Shown piece by piece: positions 61,378-64,000 of a DNA stretch of 64,000 nucleotides. The DNA is from Patescibacteria group bacterium (lineage in GTDB: Bacteria > Patescibacteriota > Patescibacteriia > UM-FILTER-42-10), in NCBI GenBank assembly GCA_041666845.1, contig JBAYGC010000006.1:6-64005 (forward strand). The letters are read 5' to 3'. The position numbers were made by a program, and so were the translations under genes. Position 1 is the first letter of the stretch. Each line of letters starts with the position of its first letter. Below the pieces are notes generated by a model, which searched no databases, was not told the DNA's origin, and saw only the letters and a list, made by a program, of their open reading frames with translations.

Positions 61378-61809
61378 TTACAGGTTGACAACAAGCGTTT
61401 CCGCCTGAATGAAGTGGATCGGACCGAAGTCCCGGCGCATGCGTGCCAGCTCCTTTTCGGACCAATCCGGCTCCACCGTTTTGCCGAAACCATCCACGGT
61501 GTCAGCCAGATGTTCTTCGGTGAGTAGTTCGAATGCTTCGGGAGTAGTCTGGCACAATTTGCCGGTCACGACCACTTCGAATTCATCGCGGACGTTCTCC
61601 GCGATGACGGCATTCAGTGTCCTGAAATCGATTGCGTCTCCGGCAAAGAAGAACTTCGTCCCGTTCTGGCAGCAGATATATACGCCACCTTCCGGGACTG
61701 ATGCATCCTGCCGGATTGACATGAAAACATTCCCCATGTCATCACAGCGCTCCACCCAGAGGCGGAGATTCTCAACGCGATCGATGGAGGCACCTGCCTG
61801 CTTACGCAT
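61378..61809 (-). CDS. GC-rich island gene: hypothetical cytoplasmic protein (143 aa)
   Basis: High-GC ORF with G/C-biased third codon positions. Upstream on the minus strand: TTGACA - 16 bp - TAGTAT. Bracketed by the 12-bp direct repeats. Confidence 0.5.
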   Translation of the reverse strand: MRKQAGASIDRVENLRLWVERCDDMGNVFMSIRQDASVPEGGVYICCQNGTKFFFAGDAIDFRTLNAVIAENVRDEFEVVVTGKLCQTTPEAFELLTEEHLADTVDGFGKTVEPDWSEKELARMRRDFGPIHFIQAETLVVNL

Positions 61810-61901
61810 GTACTAGTCCCTTTCAACGCTTTGGTTCACATCCATGTGGCGAACTGACGTCCACCTGCGGTAGTAATTGCCAATACTACCAGAATAAGAT
61901 T

Positions 61902-61913
61902 TTATGTCAACCC
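61902..61913. repeat. 12-bp direct repeat TTATGTCAACCC (right copy)
   Basis: See 61257-61268. It is followed by GC-rich hairpins gcatttgc-tt-gcaaatgc and ccccTgcaccc-agtgt-gggtgcgggg. Confidence 0.7.
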
Positions 61914-61987
61914 GCGGCATTTGCTTGCAAATGCACGGGTCAACCCCTGCACCCAGTGTGGGTGCGGGGGTCAAGACAGATGGACAA

Positions 61988-62019
61988 TACAAAAAAGACT
62001 TGCGGAATTGGTAAGTCTT
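61988..62019 (-). terminator. Intrinsic terminator after the ABC transporter operon
   Basis: aagactt-gcggaattggt-aagtctt, with a T-run on the minus strand. Confidence 0.6.
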
Positions 62020-62038
62020 TAATCAAACCTTATTAATT

Positions 62039-63253
62039 TTATTTTTGCTTTTGTAAGAGGAATTTAAAGGATATTTTTTTATTCACCTCCAGCGATCCGA
62101 CTTCAAACAATTTAAAGGCAAAATAGAATCCGATCATCACATATAATGCCACGACTACGACTCCTGCTACTGACTCCCAGATAGTTAATGCACCGATGGA
62201 ACTGCGGAAAATCAGAATCAGCGGAGCGGTAAACGGAGTAAAACTTACTATTCTGGATAATGTTCCCGAAGGTTCTGCTAACAAAAATGATGCAAAATAG
62301 ACCGGAATAATTGAAAGAATAATAAAGACTGAGGAAAACTGTTGGGCATCACGGTATTTCGGCATTGCCGCGCCAACTCCCACCATGATACTGGAAAGAA
62401 ACAGAAACCCGCCGATTGTATAAAATATGGATAGCAGTATTTGACCGACCGTTACATCAACGGCCGACCAGTCAATTGTGATTGGAAAAATATTGGTCGA
62501 AACTACTACAATTCCGGTCATCAGAGCTCCCAACGCGAACAGTGAAGTCAACGACACGCCAGTAAGCCCGACTAATTTCCCCCAAATCAGTTGGCGCGGT
62601 TTCACAATGGACAATATTGTTTCAATCATTCGGTTCTCCTTTTCTTCCGAGACACTGGATAACATAAATCCGGATGAAAACATAACCATCACAAAATAAA
62701 CCAATATAGAAATTATCGGAATAATAAATACTTCAAAACGCTGATCTACTATTGCTCCGTTTTTATATAACGTTTTTTCTAGCTTAAGATCACTGGAAAA
62801 TAAAGCTATTCTTGCCGGATCTTTGATCTCCAGCAGGATATTTTGCTTCAGCATTTCCTTTGCCACCGTATTAAACCGGTCACGCGAAATAAGGCTTGTA
62901 TCAATAGCATATATATCAATTACTTTGTCATTCAGTATGTTCGCCGGATAGAAAAAAGCTGCATCCGCTTTTCCTGCTCTTACCTGCTCTTTAGCCACCT
63001 CAATATCGGTGGCAATAAAATAAGGAGGAACGATTGTATTACTATTAATTATCCCTGACTGATCAATGATTAATATATTATCAATATTTTTTACTTCTTC
63101 TGCTATCTTCTTTTCTACCTGGGTTGCTGACGTTCCTGAAACTGCGACTAAGCCCAAATAGATAATCGGAACAATTACAATCATAATCCAAAAAGACGGT
63201 TTCTGAACTATCTTCAAATATTCTTTTTTCGCTACTTTTAGGATTGTATTCAT
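62039..63253 (-). CDS. ABC-2 family transporter permease
   Basis: An N-terminal TM helix, a large periplasmic loop and 5 C-terminal TM helices, i.e. the ABC-2/NatB-like architecture. Overlaps the ATPase gene by 4 bp. Confidence 0.75.
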   Translation of the reverse strand: MNTILKVAKKEYLKIVQKPSFWIMIVIVPIIYLGLVAVSGTSATQVEKKIAEEVKNIDNILIIDQSGIINSNTIVPPYFIATDIEVAKEQVRAGKADAAFFYPANILNDKVIDIYAIDTSLISRDRFNTVAKEMLKQNILLEIKDPARIALFSSDLKLEKTLYKNGAIVDQRFEVFIIPIISILVYFVMVMFSSGFMLSSVSEEKENRMIETILSIVKPRQLIWGKLVGLTGVSLTSLFALGALMTGIVVVSTNIFPITIDWSAVDVTVGQILLSIFYTIGGFLFLSSIMVGVGAAMPKYRDAQQFSSVFIILSIIPVYFASFLLAEPSGTLSRIVSFTPFTAPLILIFRSSIGALTIWESVAGVVVVALYVMIGFYFAFKLFEVGSLEVNKKISFKFLLQKQK

Positions 63254-64000
63254 TGTTGTTTTGATACCATTACAAATATCTCTTCTAAAGAAGGCGCCGC
63301 TACTTCAAATTTTGTGATTTTCAATTCAGTATTTGCCAAATATGACAGTGTTTCCTTCGGTGTGATTCCTTCTTTTAGAATCAGGGAGGCGGAATTAGTA
63401 GTGTCGTTGTCAATTGAATACAATTGGTCATTCTTCGGCAGAACGCCCCGGAACTGTACGTGAATCCGGTCTTCACCGAATTGGGCTTTTACTTCATCCA
63501 CTGCCCCGTATAAAATCCGTTTGCCGTCCTGGATCATAATCAGGCGGTTGGCGATTTTTTCCACTTCTTCCATCTGGTGGGTAATAAAAATTATCGTGCT
63601 TCCTTTCTCCTTCATTTCCAAAAGCATATCCATCAACAGAGTCCTGTTTACCGGATCAAGTCCTTTGGTCGGTTCATCCAGAATCAATAAATCCGGCTGA
63701 TTGATAATCGTAATCCCCAGCTGAATTTTTTGCTGTTGGCCGGAGGATAATTTTTTTACTTTTAATCTCGCCTTGTCGTGCAGTCCGACTTTTTCCAAAT
63801 ATCCATAGGACCATTTTTTTGCATCGTTTGCCGACATCCCTTTCAGTTCGCCGAAATAGACCATGGTATCAATCACTCTCTCGGATGTATACAATCCCCT
63901 TTCTTCAGGCAAATAGCCGACATGAGCCGACATAGATTGGTCATATTTTTTTCCGTCGATAAGAAGCGTTCCGCTGTCCGGCTGGAGAATATTCAAAAGA
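63250..64000 (-). CDS. ABC transporter ATP-binding protein (N-terminus, including Walker A, lies beyond the window end)
   Basis: LSGGQQQK signature, Walker B ILDEPT, and the H-loop. Truncated at the window edge. Confidence 0.8.
   Translation of the reverse strand, partial: LLNILQPDSGTLLIDGKKYDQSMSAHVGYLPEERGLYTSERVIDTMVYFGELKGMSANDAKKWSYGYLEKVGLHDKARLKVKKLSSGQQQKIQLGITIINQPDLLILDEPTKGLDPVNRTLLMDMLLEMKEKGSTIIFITHQMEEVEKIANRLIMIQDGKRILYGAVDEVKAQFGEDRIHVQFRGVLPKNDQLYSIDNDTTNSASLILKEGITPKETLSYLANTELKITKFEVAAPSLEEIFVMVSKQQ

Noticed and set aside
61914-61985. Possible tRNA fragment or attachment site at the right end of the 61-kb island
   Set aside because: There are GC-rich hairpins but no T-arm (GGTTCRANTCC) or acceptor/CCA-like features on either strand. 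They are more likely structural hairpins of the inserted segment.

Overview
Low-GC (about 40% by eye) bacterial chromosome segment, densely packed with housekeeping genes in compact operons; many genes overlap by 1-4 bp (ATGA or TAATG junctions), indicating translational coupling. No CRISPR array, rRNA, tRNA, transposase or integrase gene was found by eye. The lineage is probably an uncultivated small-genome bacterium; that is inference only.

Gene content, in order along the window:
- corA with a structured leader.
- A membrane-anchored AAA+ ATPase that carries only the ClpB D1 domain, then cysS and a PAP2 phosphatase.
- A heat-shock locus under CIRCE control (hrcA-grpE-hsp20-dnaK). dnaJ sits about 3 kb away, separated from dnaK by four genes of unknown function.
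- A cell-envelope block: GT1 glycosyltransferase, plsC and a SEDS (FtsW/RodA) protein.
- dnaE.
- A T-box-like leader in front of a Nudix-thrS operon.
- An APH-family kinase, miaB and miaA, then a low-GC patatin-like phospholipase translationally coupled to miaA.
- A complete de novo pyrimidine operon, pyrB-pyrI-pyrD-pyrK-pyrC-pyrE-pyrF, plus a second carbamoyltransferase. The pyrF product is strikingly similar to fungal URA3.
- A thymidylate cluster: gatB-tmk-folA-thyA-CYTH-dut-kinase-dCMP deaminase.
- The secE-nusG-rplK-rplA cluster, with a tandem-duplicated membrane protein inserted between rplK and rplA.
- gyrB and pheS-pheT.
- A type IV pilus operon: pilB, pilC, a pilin, two pseudopilins and a vWA protein.
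- An ABC-2 exporter, whose ATPase gene is cut by the window end.

Two things are superimposed on this background:
- Four short (about 0.5-0.7 kb) strongly GC-rich single-gene islands at about 100-800, 29150-29720, 55020-55560 and 61320-61900. Each has its own promoter-like, SD and terminator signals. One is flanked by a 12-bp direct repeat that duplicates the pilB promoter -35 region.
- At least two families of GC-rich palindromic MITE/REP-like intergenic repeats. One complete TIR-bounded copy interrupts the pyrD-pyrK junction.
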